DNA from: Mobula hypostoma
Taxonomy: Eukaryota
Assembly: GCF_963921235.1 (NCBI RefSeq)
Contig: NC_086097.1
Location: 102,798,001 to 102,862,000, forward strand
DNA length: 64,000 nt
Direction of reading: 5' to 3'
Under the pieces are notes generated by a model. It was not told the DNA's origin. It saw only the letters and a program-made list of their open reading frames with translations, and made no database searches. Numbering within the stretch: position 1 is the first letter of the stretch; each line of letters begins with the position of its first letter. Below are positions 38,217-51,115 of the stretch, in pieces. Position numbers and translations under genes: made by a program.

Positions 38217-41200
38217 ACCATAAGACCATAAGATATAGGAGCAGACGTAGGCCATTCGGCCCATCAAGTCTGCTCTGCCATCCAGTCATGGGCTGGTCTA
38301 ATTCTTCCAGTCATCCCCACTCACCTGCCTTCTCCCCATACCCTTTGATACCCTGGCTAATCAAGAATCTCTCTATCACTGCCTTAAATACACCCAATGA
38401 CTTGGCCTCCACAGCTGCTCGTGGCAACAAAATCCACAGATTTACCACCCTCTGACTGAAGTAATTTCTCCACATTACAGTTCGAAATGGACGTCCTTCA
38501 ATCCTGAAGTCGTGCCTTCTTGTCCTAGAATCCCCTACCATGAGAAATAACTTTGCCATATCTAATCTGTTCAGGCCTTTTAACATTCAGAATGTTTCTA
38601 TGAGATTCCCCCCTCATTCTCCTAAACTCCAGGGAATACAGCCCAAGAGCTGCCAGCCGTTCCTCATACGGTAACCCTTTCATTCCTGGAATCATTCTTG
38701 TGAATCTTCTCTGAACCCTCTCCAATGTCAGTATATCCTTTCTAAAATAAGAAGCCCAAAACTGCACACAATACTCCAAGTGTGGTCTCATGAGGGCCTT
38801 ATAGAGCCTCAACATCACATCCCTGCTCTTATATTCCATACCTCTCGAAACGAATGCCAACATTGTATTCACCTCCTTTGCAACTGACTCAACCTAAAGG
38901 TTAACCTTTAAGGTATCCTGCACAAGTCCCTTTGCATCTCTGCAATTTGAATTCTCTCCCCATCTAAATAATAGTCTGCCAATTTATTTCTTCCACCAAA
39001 ATGCATGACCATTGTATTTCATTTGCCACTTCTTTGTCCATTCTCTTAAACTATCTAAGTCTCTCTGCAGGCTCTCTGTTTCCTCAACACTACCCGCTCC
39101 TCCACCTATCTTTGTATCATCGGCAAATTTAGGCACAAATCCATTAATCCCATTGTCCAAAACATTGACATACATTGTAAAAACCAGTGGTCCCAACATC
39201 GACCCCTGTGGAACACAAAATAATCTGCAGATGTTGGGCTCAAAGCAACACACACAACACGCTGGAGGAACTCAGCAGGTTGGGCAGCGTCCGTGGAAAA
39301 GATCGGTCGACGTTTTGGGCCAGAACCTTCCACCACCTTCAACAGGACCCCACCACTAAGCACATCTTTCCCTCTCCACCCCCCTCCACTTTCCGCAGGG
39401 ATCGGTCCCTCTGCGACTCCCTGGTCCACACGACCCTTCCCACGGATCTCCCACCCGGCACTTATCCCTGTAAGCACAAGTGCTACACCTGTCCCTACAC
39501 CTCCTCTCTTGCCACCATTTAGGGCCCCAAACAGTCCTTCCAGGTGAGGCAACACTTCACTTGTGAGTCTGTTGGGGTCATCTATTGCATCCGGTGCTCC
39601 CGGTGCGGCCTCCTGTACATCGGTGAAACCCGACGCAGATTGGGGGACCGCTTCGTCGAGCACCTCCACTCCGTCCACCAAAACAGACAGGATCTCCCAG
39701 TAGCCACCCACTTCAACTCTGCTTCCCATTCCCATTCAGATATGTCCATACATGGCCTCCTCTACTGCCATGATGAGGCTAAACTCAGGTTGGAGGAGCA
39801 ACACCTCATATACCGTCTAGGTAGTCTCTAGACCCTTGGTGTGAACATAGAATTCTCCAACTTCCGGTAATTCCTTCCTCCTCCCTTCCTCTATCCCTAT
39901 TTCACTCTGCCCCCTCCCCCAGCTGCCTATCACCTCCCTCATGGTTCCACCTCCTTCTACTACCCATTGTGTTTTCCCCTATTCCTTCTTCACCTTTCCT
40001 GCCTATCACCTCCCTGCTTCCCCTCCCCCACTCCTTTATCTTTCCCTTTACTGGTTTTTCACCTGGAACCTACCAGCCTTCTCCTTCCCATCCTCCCCCC
40101 ACTTTCTTTATAGGGCTCCTGCCCCCTCCCTCTTCAGTCCTGACAAAGGGTTCCGGCCCGAAACGTCGACCGACCCCTGTGGAACGCCACTGATAACTGG
40201 CAGCCAGCCAGAATAGGATCCCTTTATTCCCAGTCTGTTTTCTGCTGACCAGCCAATGCTCCACCCATGCTAGTAACTTCCCTGTAATTCCATGGGCTCT
40301 TATCTTGCTAAGCAGCCTCATGTGCCGCACCTTATCAAAGGCCTTCTGAAAATCCAAGTACACCACAGCTATTGGATCTCCCTTGTCTACCCTGCTTGTA
40401 ATTTCCTCAAAGAGTTGCAGTAGGTTTGTCAGGCAGGATTTTCCTTTCAGGAAATCATGCTGGCTTTGGCCTATCTTGTCATGTGCCTCCAGGTACTCAG
40501 TAATCTCATCCCTAACAATCGATTCCAACAACTTCCCAACCACTGATGTCAGGCTAACAGGTCTATAGTTTCCTTTTTGCTGCCTTTCACCTTTCTTAAA
40601 TAGTGGAGTAACATTTACAATTTTCCAGTCATCCAGTACAATGCTAGAATCTATCGATTCTTGAAAGATCGTTGTTGACACCTCCACAATCTCTCCAGCT
40701 ACTTCCTTCAGAACCCGAGGGTGCTTTCCATCAAGTCCAGGAGATTTATCCACCCTCAAACCATTAACCTTCCTGAGCACTTTCTCATTCATAACTTTCA
40801 CTGCACAAACTTCACTTCCCTGACACTCTTGAATGTCTAGTATACTGCAGACGTCTTCCACTGTGAAGACCTTTGCAAAATATGCATTCTGTTCCTCTGC
40901 CATCTGTGCATCTCTCATTACAATATCTCCAGGGTCATTTTGTATTGATCCTATATCTACCCTCGACTCTCTGTTACCCTTTATATACTTAAAAAAGCTT
41001 TTAATATCTTCTTTGATATTAGTCACCAGCTTCCTTTCATAATTCATCTTTTCCTTCCTAATGACCTCCTTAGTTTCCTTCTGCAAGTTTTTAAAAGCTC
41101 CCCAATCCTCTATCTTCCCACTAGCTCTGGCATCCTGGTATGCCTTCTCATTTGCTTTTACTTTGTCTCTGACTTCACTTGTCTTTCTTCCCTTTGAAAA

Positions 41201-41392
41201 TTTCTTCTTATTTGGAATATATCTGTTTTGCACTTCCCTCTTTTTTTGCAGAAACTCCAGCCATTGCTGCTCTGCTGTCCTTCCTGCGAACGTCCCTTTC
41301 CAGTCAACTTCGGCCAGTTCCCCTCTCATGCCATTGTAATTTCCTTTATTCCACTGAAATACCAACACATTGGATTTTGTTTTTTCCCTCTC
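38217..41392 (-). mobile_element. CR1 'D' nested in B, opposite orientation
   Basis: ORFs 40070..41368, 38525..38872 and 38311..38586 (all -); (accataag)n tail at 38217. B resumes at aagtctgtggataaag. Confidence 0.9.
39215..40170 (+). mobile_element. Penelope-like element fragment with GIY-YIG endonuclease, inverted terminal segment and 15-bp TSD
   Basis: TSD CGACCCCTGTGGAAC at 39200-39214 and 40171-40185. ORF 39544..39831 reads VIYCIRCSRCGLLYIGETRRRLGDRFVEH...HFN...EEQHLIYRL. Inverted terminus at 39215-~39330. Confidence 0.93.
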
Positions 41393-42902
41393 AAGTCTGT
41401 GGATAAAGATAAAGAAAAAAACAAAAGATCAAAAAGAGAGAAGTAAGGGTGGTGAAGAAAAGTCAAGTGCAAAAGAGTAAAAGGTTACAAGATTTTCAAA
41501 GCACAGTGAGTGTAAGGGCAATTTATTTGAATGCCCATAGTATTCGAAAGAAGGTCGATGAACTTTTGACACAAATCAGTACAAAGGGATATGATTTCAT
41601 AGCCATTACAGAGATGTGGTTGCCGGGTGGAGAAGATTGGGAATTAAATATCCAAGGATATCAGGTAATACGGAAGGATAGGCAGGAAGGTAAGGGAGGT
41701 GAGGTAGCGCTCTTAATTATAGATGAGATCAGGGCGATAGTGAGAGACGATATAAGATCTAAGGAGCAGAATGTTGAATCCATCTGGGTAGAGATTAGGA
41801 ATAGTAAAGGGAAAAAAATCACTGGTAGGAGTTGTCTATCGGCCACTGAATAATAACATTACAGTGGCACGGGCAATAAACAGAGAAATATCTGAGGCAT
41901 GTAAGAACGGAACAGCAGTTATCGTAGGGAACTTTAATTTGCACATAGATTGGGTGAATCAAGTTGGTTGAGACAGTCTTGAGGAGGGCTTCATAGAATG
42001 CATCCGTGATGGCTTTCTTGAACAGCGTGTTACTGAACCTACAGGGGGAACGTGTTATCTTAGATCTGGTCCTGTGCAATGAGACAGGAAAAATCAGTGA
42101 TCTTGTAGTTAGGGATCCTCTTGGAAAGAGTGATACAGTATGAATGAGTTTCTCATACAAATGCAGGGTGCAATAGTTTGACCTGAAGCAAGTGCATTAT
42201 GCCTAAACAATGGAGACTACAATGGGATGAGGGAGGATTTGGCGAGTGTAGACTGGGAGCACAGGCTATATGGTGGGACGATCGAGAAACACTGCAAGAC
42301 TTTCGAAGATATTTTTCACAGTGCTCAACAAAAGTATATTCCAGTTAAAAGCAAAGATGTTAAGTGTGGGGAGAGCCAGCCTTGGATAACTAAGGAAATA
42401 AAGGAAGGCATCAAACTAAAAACTTGTGCATACGAAGTCGCCAAGAATAGTGGGAAACTGGAAGATTGTGGAAACTTTAAAAGCAACAAAGTACCACTAA
42501 GTGAGCAATAAAGAAAGCGAAGATAGATTATGAAAATGAACTAGCGAAATATATAAAAACGTTTTCATAATGATATATAAGCGGAAAAGGGTGGCTAAAG
42601 TGAATGTAGGTCCCTTGGAGGACGAGAAGGGGGAATTGATACTGAGTAATGAGAAATGGCCGAAGCTTTGAATGACTATTTTGTATCGGTCTTCACGGTG
42701 GAGGACACGTCTAACATGCCGAAGAGAGATGTTATGGATGCGATGGGAGGTGAGCACCTCGATACAGTAGCTATCATTAAACAGGTAGTGCTGAGCAAAC
42801 TTGTGGGCCTGAAGATAGAAAAGGCCCCTGGTCCTGATGGAATGCATCCCAGGGTACTGTAAGAAATGGCAGAAGTTATAATAGAGGTTTTGATGATGAT
42901 TT

Positions 42903-43156
42903 TCTCCCTGGGCCTCCTGTCCCATGATCCTCTCATACCCCTTTTGCCAATCACCTGTCCAGCTCTTGGCTCCATCCCTCCCTCTCCTGTCTTCTCCTAT
43001 CATTTTGGATCTCCCCCTCCCCCTCCCACTTTCAAATCTCTTACTAGCTCTTCCTTCAGTTAGTCCTGACGAAGGGTCTCGGCCCGAAACGTTGACCATA
43101 CCTTTTCCTAGAGATGCTGCCTGGCCTGCTGCGTTCACTAGCAACTTTGATGTGTG
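42903..43156 (+). mobile_element. PLE terminal fragment nested in CR1 B
   Basis: Pyrimidine-rich tract, hammerhead motif, then gatgctgcctggcctgctgcgttcactagcaactttgatgtgtg abutting taactacaggccag. A short stretch of the host is missing and there is no TSD. Confidence 0.88.
43063..43096 (+). ncRNA. Minimal type-I hammerhead ribozyme motif (PLE-associated), best-preserved copy
   Basis: GUC-CUGACGA-A-GGGUCUCGGCCC-GAAAC-GUU^GAC. Intact catalytic core, stem I GUC/GAC, stem II GGG/CCC, loopless palindromic stem III (AACGUU), and an extra A after A9. Confidence 0.72.
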
Positions 43157-44481
43157 TAACTACAGGCCAGTTAGTTTAACATCTCTAGTTGGGAAAATGC
43201 TTGAAGCTATCATTAAAGAAAAAATAGTGAGGCATCTGGAAAGAAATTAATCCATCAGGCAGACACAGCATGGATTCAGCAAAAGCAGGTCCTGTTTGAT
43301 AAGCTTACTGGAGTTCAATGAGCACAGTAGATAGAGGGGAACAGATGGATGTTATTTACCTGGATTTCCAGAAGGCGTTTGATAAGGTCGTGCATAAAAG
43401 ACTTATCGATAAGACAAGGATGCGTAGAGTTGGGGGTGATGTATTAGCATGGATGGTTAACTAATAGAAAGCAGAGCGTTGGGATACATGGGTGTTTCTC
43501 TGGTTGGCAATCAGTGGTGAGCAGTGTGCTGCAGGGGTCGGTGCTGGGCCCGCAACTGTTCACGATATACATTAACGATCTAGAAGAGAGGACCGAGTGT
43601 AGTGTATCTAATTTTGCTGATGACACTAAATTGAGTGGAAAAGCAAACTGCACAGAAGATACAAAGAGTCTGCAGAGAGATATAGATAGGTTAAGTGAGT
43701 GGGCAAGGATCTAGCAGATGGAGTTCACTGTTGGTAAATGTCAGGTCATCCACTTTGGAAGGAAAATTGAAAGCACAGATTATTATTTAAATAGTAAAAG
43801 ATTGCAGCATGCTGCTGTGCAGAGGGACTTGGGAGTGCTTGTGCATGAACCACAAGAGGTTAGTTTGCAGGTGTATCAGGCTGTCAAGAAGGCAAATGGA
43901 AGTTTGTCCTTCATTGCTAGAGAGATTGAATTTAAGAGCAAGGAGGTTATGCTGCAACTGTACAGGGTACTGGTAAGACCGTACCTGGAGTACTAAGTGC
44001 AGTTCTGGTCTCCTTACTTGAGGAAGGATATACTGGCTTTGGAGGCAGTGCAGAGGAGGTTCACCAGGTTGATTCCAGAGACGAGGGATTAGACTGTGAG
44101 GAGAGATTGAGTCGCCTGGGACTGTATTCACTGGAATTCAGAAGAATGAGAGGAGATCTTATAGAAAGAGAAAATTATGAAAATTATGAAAATAAGATAG
44201 AGGCAGGAAAGTTGTTTCCACTGGTAGGTGAGACTAGAACTAGGGGACATATCCTCAAGATTCAGGGGAGTAGTTTTAGGACAGAGATGAGGAGGAACTG
44301 GTTTTCCCAGAGAGTGGTGAATCTGTGGAATTCTCTGCCCAATTAAGTAGTGGAGGCTATCTCAGTAAATATGTTTAAGACAAAGTTGGATAGATGTTTG
44401 CATAGTAGGGGAATTAAGGGTTGTGAGGAGAAGACAGGTAAGTGAAGATGAGTCCATGGCCAGATCAGACATGACCTTATT

Positions 44482-44994
44482 AACCATATAACCGTATAAC
44501 AATTACAGCACGGAAACAGGCCATCTCGGCCCTTCTAGTCCATGCTGAACTCTTACTCTCACCTAGTCTCACCGACCTGCACTCAGCCCATAACCCTCCA
44601 TTCCTTTCCTGTCCATATATCTATCCGATTTAACTTTAAACGACAACATCGAACCTGCCTCAACCACTTCTGCTGGAAGCTCGTTCCACACAGCTACCAC
44701 TCCCTGAGTAAAGAAGTTCTCCCTCATGTTACCCCTAAACTTTTGCCCTTTAACTCTCAACTCATGTCCTCTTGTTTGAATCTCCACTACTCTCAATGGA
44801 AAAAGTCTATCCACGTCAACTCTATCAATCCTCATCATAATTTTAAACACCTCTATCAAGTCCCCCCTCAACCTTCTACGCTCCAAAGAATAAAGACCCA
44901 ACTTGTTCAACCATTCTCTGTAACTTAGGAGATAAAACCTGGGTAACATTCCAGTAAATCTTCTTCGAACTCTCTCAATTTTATTGACATCTTT
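44482..44994 (-). mobile_element. CR1 3' fragment nested in the 3'UTR of B
   Basis: TSD CTTATT at 44476-44481 and 44995-45000; ORF 44569..44949(-); same subfamily as 47972-51115. Confidence 0.9.
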
Positions 44995-45441
44995 CTTATT
45001 GAATGGTGAAGCCAGATGGCCTACTCCTGATCCTGGTTCTTGTGTTTTGTTCTAGAGTGAGGTGACAGATAAATGTGTGGCTGAAGAATTGGAGCAGGGG
45101 GCAGGGATTCAGATTTCTGGATCAGTGGGACCTCTTCTGGGGCAGGTGTAACCTGTACAAAAGGGATGGGTTGCACTTTAATCTGAGGGGGACCAATATA
45201 CTTGCGGGCAGATTTACTTGAGTTGTTGAAGTGGTTTAAACTAATACGGCAGCGTGATGAGAACCAGTATGATAGAGCGGAGGGTGAGGCAGCAGGTCAC
45301 CATTGTAATGGGGAATTTCAATATGCAAGCCAATTGGGAAAATCAGGTTGGTGTCGGATTGCAAGAGAGGGAATTTGTTGAATGCCTATGAGATGACTTT
45401 TTAGAGCTGCTTGTGCTCGAGCCTACTAGAGGAAAGGCTAT

Positions 45442-46003
45442 AGTTCTATAGTTGTACCGAGGAGAGCGTTCTGACAGGCTGCATCACTGTCTGGGATGGA
45501 GGGAGCTACTGCACAGGACCGAAAGAAGCTGCAGAAGGTTGTAAATCTAGTCAGCTCCTCTTGGGCACTAGCCTACAAAGTACGCAGGACATTTTTAGAA
45601 AGCGGTGTCTCAGAAAGGCAGCGTCCATTATTAAGGACCTCCAGCACCCAGGGAATGCCCTTTCCTCACTGTTACCATCAGGTAGGAGGTACAGAAGCCT
45701 GAAGGCACACACTCAGTGATTCAGGAACAGCTTCTTCCCCTCAGTCATCTGATTCTTGAATGGATTTTGAAGCTTTGGACACTACCTCACTTTTTTAATA
45801 TACAGTATTTCTGTTTTTGTACATTTTTTAATAATCTATTCAATATACGTAATTGATTTACTTGTTTATTTATGTTTTATTTTGTTTATTATTATTTTTT
45901 CTCTCTCTGCTAGATTATGTATTGCATTGAACTGCTGCTGCTAAGTTAACAAATTTCACGTCACATGCCGGTGATAATAAACCTGATTCTGATTCTGATT
46001 CTG
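45442..46003 (+). mobile_element. Rex1/Babar-type 3' fragment nested in host A
   Basis: ESVLTGCITVW...DRKKLQKVV; AATAAA and a (ctgatt)n tail. It interrupts ggaaaggcta|tcttggattgg. Confidence 0.8.
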
Positions 46004-46773
46004 ATCTTGGATTGGGTGTTGTGTAATAACCCTGATCTTATTAGGGAGCTTAACATAAAGGAACCTTTAGGAGGCAGAGATCATAGTATGATTGCATTCA
46101 TACTGCAATTTGAGAGGAGAAGCACAACTCACATGTATCAGTATCACAATGGAATAAAGGAAATTACAGAGGCATGAGAGAGGAGCTTGCCCAGGTGGAT
46201 TAGAGGGGGATACTGGTGGAGTTGATGGCAGAACAGAGGTGGCTGAAGTTTCTGGGAATAGTTCACAAGGCACAGGATAGATGTGTCCCTCAGAAGAAGT
46301 AGTTCTCAAATGGCAGGCGTAGGCAACCATGGCTGACAACGGAAGTTAACAACTGCATAAAAGCCAAGGAAAGGGCATATAAGGTAGCAAAAGTGAGTGG
46401 GAAGTTGGATGATTGGGAAGCTTTTAAAATCCAACAAAAGGCAACTATAAAAGCTATAAGAAGGGAAAAGATGAAATATGAGGGCAATCTAGCCAATAAT
46501 ATGAAGCAGGATGCCAGAAGTCTTTTTTAGTTTTCTGAAGAGTAAGAGGGAGGTGAGAATTGATATTGGGGCACTGCAAAATGATGTTGGTGAGGTAGAA
46601 ATGAGGCAGATGAACTTAATAAGTACTTGCTTCAGTCTTCACTGTGGAAGACACTAAATAAATGCCAGAGGTCCGTGAGTGTCAGGGAGCAGGAGTGTCC
46701 TTGCTATTGCAAAGGAAAAGTGCAGGCAAACTCAAAGGTCTTAAGCAGGATAATCACCTGGACCAGATGGACT

Positions 46774-47242
46774 TATTATGGAATCACTAACAAAGAACAC
46801 CAGAGTGACTTCGAGTTTTGTTTTAAGAGTTTATTAACATGATATCACGGAGAGTCTGCAGCAGTCTCCACCGCCACCAGAACTCTGATCTTTAGGTTGT
46901 ACCGAGCTCATATTTATACAGCAAGACAAACAACTTCACATAACTTTGTTTGGCATCCCATGGTCAGTATATGATCAATCGTCTAAAAGACATATCAATT
47001 ATCTCTCAGCGCGAGTCTAACAGTTCTTCCTGCTTCCTGTTATCAGGACTCATAACTTACCCCCAGACGCATCCTCCCTCCTGGTTCCAGGGGCCTAGTA
47101 TCTTATTAATTGGAGTTCCTGGTTCTGCGCTTATCATCCAAGGTTATTCTCGACAAGCAACAGCAGTCTTAAGCCCAGCTGATCCAGAATGGTCAAGTAT
47201 CCCATCATACACTAGTTTTAACCATTTCGACCACAGATAACA
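46774..47242 (-). mobile_element. Probable solo LTR nested in host A
   Basis: Minus-strand termini TGTTAT...ATAATA (near-inverted), with TATAAATA (46918-46911) upstream of AATAAA (46835-46830). It cleanly interrupts the CR1 motif GPDGL|..RVLKE. No clean TSD. Confidence 0.65.
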
Positions 47243-47971
47243 TTCTAGAGTCCTGAAAGAGGTTACTGAAGAGAGAACAGATGCATTGGTCATGATCTTT
47301 CAAGAATCACTTTATTCTGGCATAGTCCCAGAGGACTGGAAAATTGCAAGTTGCACTCCACTCTTTAAGAAGGGAGGAAGACAAAAGAGAGGACTTTATA
47401 GGCCAGTTAGCCTAAGCTCCTCAGTGACTGGAAAAATGTTGGAGTCCAGTGTTAGGATGAGGTTTCGGGGTACTTGGAGACTAATGATACAATAAGTCAA
47501 AGACAGCATGGATTTTGTTCAGGGAAATCTTGCCTGACAAATCTGTTAGAATTCTTCGAAGGAGAGGCAGTGTACGTCACTTACTTAGATTCTCAGAAGG
47601 CTTTTGACAAGTGCTTCACAAGCTTAACAAGATAAAATCCAGGAAACATACTGGCATTGATAGAGGAATGGCTGACAGGCAGGAGGCAGCAAGTGGGAAT
47701 AAAAGGGGCTTTTCTGGTTGGCTGCCAGTGACTAGTGGTGTTCCTCAGGGGTCAGTATTGGGACCGCTACTTTACACATTGTTTGGCAATGATTTGGATA
47801 AGGGAATTGATGGCTTTGTGGCAAAGTTTGCAGATGATATGAAGAAAGGTGGAGGGGTAGGTAGTGCTGAGGAAGCAATGTGATTGTAGCAGGACAAATT
47901 GGAAGAATGGGCAAAAAATTTACAGATGGAATACAGTGTTGGGAAATGTATGAAATATATAAATGTATGAT

Positions 47972-50900
47972 CGGGAGCACTCAGACCAAAGATGTAGGGG
48001 AGAAGGTAGAAAAAGATAACAAAGTTGTTTGCTCCATTAAGGATAAACAGAGAGTAAGAGGTGGAGAGTTTCTTAAATGCATCTATTTTAATGCTAGGAG
48101 CATTGTAAGAAAGGTGGATGAGCTCAGAGCATGGATTGATACCTGGAAATATGATGTTGTAGCTATTAGTAAAACGTGGTTGCAGGAGGGGTGTGATTGG
48201 CAACTAAATATTCCAGGATTTCATTGCTTCAGGTGTGATAGAATAGGAGGGGCAAGAAGGGAAGGTGTCGCATTGCTTGTCAGAGAAAATATAAAAGCAG
48301 TGGTCTGGCAGGATAGATCAGTGGACTTGTTAAGGAGGCTATTTGGGTGGAATTGAGGAATGGGAACGGGAAGGGTGTAGTGACGCTTATAGGGGTGTAT
48401 TATAGACCACCTAATGGGGAGCAAGAAGTGGAGGAGCAAATTTGTAATGAGATAGCAGATATTTGCATTAAGCACAAGGTTGTGATTGTGGGAGATTTTA
48501 TTTTTCCACACATTGAATGGAAGCCCATACTGTAAAAGGGCTGGATGGTTTGGAGTTTGTCAAATGCGTGCAAGATAGTTTTTTGCAGCAATACATAGAG
48601 GTACCAACTAGAGAAGGGACAGTGTTGGATCTCCTGTTAGGGAATGAGATAGGTCAGGTGACAGAGGTATGTGTTGGGGAGCACTTCGAGTCCAGTGATC
48701 ACAATACCATTAGTTTCAATATAATTATGGATAAGGATAGGACTGGACCCAGGGTTGAAATTTTTGATTGGAGAAAGGCTAACCTTGAGGAGATGCAAAA
48801 GGATTTAGAAGGAGTGGATTGGGACAATTACTGTTTTTTTCAACTACCAGCATTCTTCAAACCCTCCTCAAAGTTCTTCTTTCAGTCCTGACGAAGGGTT
48901 TCGGCCCAAAACGTTGACTAATCTTTTCAACTGATGCTGACTGACCTGCTGAGTTCCTCCAGCGCATTGTGAGTGTTCCTTGGGACAATTTGTTTTATGA
49001 GAAAGATGTAACAGAGAAATGGAGGTCATTTAAAGGTGAAATTTTGAGGGTACAGGATCTTTATGTTCCTGTTAGGTTGAAAGGAAAGGTTAAAAGTTTG
49101 AGAGAGCCATGGTTTTCAAGGGATATTGGAAACTTGGTTCAGAAAAAGAGAGGGATCTACAACAAATATAGGCAGCTTGGAGTAAATGAGGTGCTGGAGG
49201 AATATAAAGAATGTAAAAAGAATCTTAAGAAAGAAATTAGAAAAGCTAAAAGAAGATACGAGGCTGCTTTGGCAAGTAAGGTAAAAATAAATCCAAAGGG
49301 TTTCTACAGTTATATTAATAGCAAAAGGATAGTGAGGGATAAAATTGGTCCCTTAGAGAATCAGAGTGGATGGATATGTGTGGAGTTAAAAGAGATGGGG
49401 GAGATTTTGAACAATTTATTTTCTTCAGTATTCACTAAGGAGAAGGATATTGAATTGTGTAAGATAAAGGAAACAAGAATGGTAGTTATGGAAAGTATGA
49501 TGATTAAAGAAGAGGAAGTACTGGCACTTTTAAGGAATGTAAAAGTGGTTAAGTCTCCAGGTCCGGACAAGATATTTCCTCAGACCTTGAGGGAAGTTAG
49601 TGTAGAAATAGCAGGGGCTCTGTCAGAAATATTTCAAACGTCATTAGAAACGGGAATGGTGCCAGAGGATTGGCGTATTGCTCATGTTGTTCCATTGTTT
49701 AAAAAGGGTTCTAAAAGTAAACCTAGCAATTATCAGCCTGTGAGTTTGATGTCAGTGGTGGGTAAATTGATGGAAAGTGTTCTTAGAGATGATATATATA
49801 ATTATCTAGATAGACAGGGTCTGATTAGGAACAGTCAACATAGATTTGTGCGTGAAAGGTCATGTTTGACAAATCTTATTGAATTTTTTGATGAGGTTAC
49901 TAGGAAAGTTGATGAGGGTAAAGCAGTGGATGCTGTCTATATGGACTTCAGTAAGGCCTTTGACAAGGTTCCACATGGAAGGTTAGTTAGAAAGGTTCAA
50001 TCATTAGGTATTAATATCGAAGTAGTAAAATGGATTCAGCAGTGGCTGGATGGGAGACGACAGAGAGTAGTGGTGGATAACTGTTTGTCAGATTGGAGGC
50101 CAGTGACTAGTGATGTGCCTCAGGGATCTATACTAGGTCCAGTGTTGTTTGTCATATATATTAATGATCTGGATGATGGGGTGGTAAATTGGATTAGTAA
50201 GTATGCAGATGATACTAAGATAGGTGGCGTTGTGGATAATGAAGTAGGTTTTCAAAGCTTGCAGAGAGATTTAGGCCAGTTAGAAGAGTGGGCTGAAAGA
50301 TGGCAGATGGAGTTTAATGCTGAAAAATGTGAGGTGCTTCATTTTGGTAGGACTAATCAAAATAGGACATATATGGTAAATGGTAGGGCATTGAAGAATG
50401 CTGTAGAACAGAGGGATCTAGGAATAATGGTGCATAGTTCCCTGAAGGTTGAGTCTCATGTGGATAGGGTGGTGAAGAAAGCTTTTGGTATGCTGGCCTT
50501 TATTAATCAGAGCATTGAGTATAGGAGTTGGGATCTAATGTTGAAATTGTATAAGGCATTGGTGAGGCCAAATTTGGAGTATTGTGTACAGTTCTGGTCA
50601 CCGAATTATAGGAAAGATGTCAATAAATTTGAGAGAGTACAGAGGAGATGTACTAAAATGTTGCCTGGGTTTCATCTCCTAAGTTACAGAGAAAGGTTGA
50701 ACAAGTTAGGTCTTTATTCTTTGGAGCGTAGAAGGTTGAGGGGGGACTTGATAGAGGTATTTAAAATTATGAGGGGGATAGATAGAGTAGACGTGGATAG
50801 GCTTTTTCCATTGAGAGTAGAGGAGATTCAAACAAGAGGACATAGGTTGAGAGCTAAAGGGCAAAAGTTTAAGGGGTAACATGAGGGGGAACTTATTTAC

Positions 50901-51115
50901 TCAGAGAGTGGTAGCTGTGTGGAACGAGCTTCCAGCAGAAGTGGTTCGATGTTGTCATTTAAAGTTAAATTGGATAGCTATATGGACAGGAAAGGAATGG
51001 AGGGTTATGGGCTGAGTGTAGGTCGGTGGGACTAGGTGAGAGTAAGAGTTCCACACGGACTAGAAGGGCCGAGATGGCCTGTTTCCGTGCTGTAATTATT
51101 ATATGGTTATATGGT
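47972..51115 (+). mobile_element. Young CR1 'C' with near-complete ORF2, nested in host A
   Basis: EN CIYFNARSIVRKVDEL (ORF 47880), ORF 48517, and a 636-aa RT ORF 48969..50879 with YADD. It has a few frameshifts, a PLE insert and a (tatggtta)n tail. Confidence 0.95.
48830..48979 (+). mobile_element. 150-bp PLE terminal fragment with 11-bp TSD
   Basis: TSD TTGGGACAATT at 48819-48829 and 48980-48990. Hammerhead-like agtcCTGACGAagggtttcggcccAAAAcgttgact at 48884-48919 (G12 mutated). Confidence 0.88.

Larger units (their letters stand above)
37632..45050 (+). mobile_element. CR1 'B' nested in host A (ORF1 part 37632-38216; ORF2 and 3'UTR 41393-45050)
   Basis: ORF1 VVVIGESVVR...CLPGA and VGTND; EN YLNAHSIRKKVDEL (ORF 41449); RT ORFs 43514, 43718 and 44107. 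Confidence 0.85.

Noticed and set aside
47972..51115. Possibly active CR1
   Set aside because: ORF1 is absent, and ORF2 has frameshifts in the EN region and at ~50875 plus a PLE insertion.
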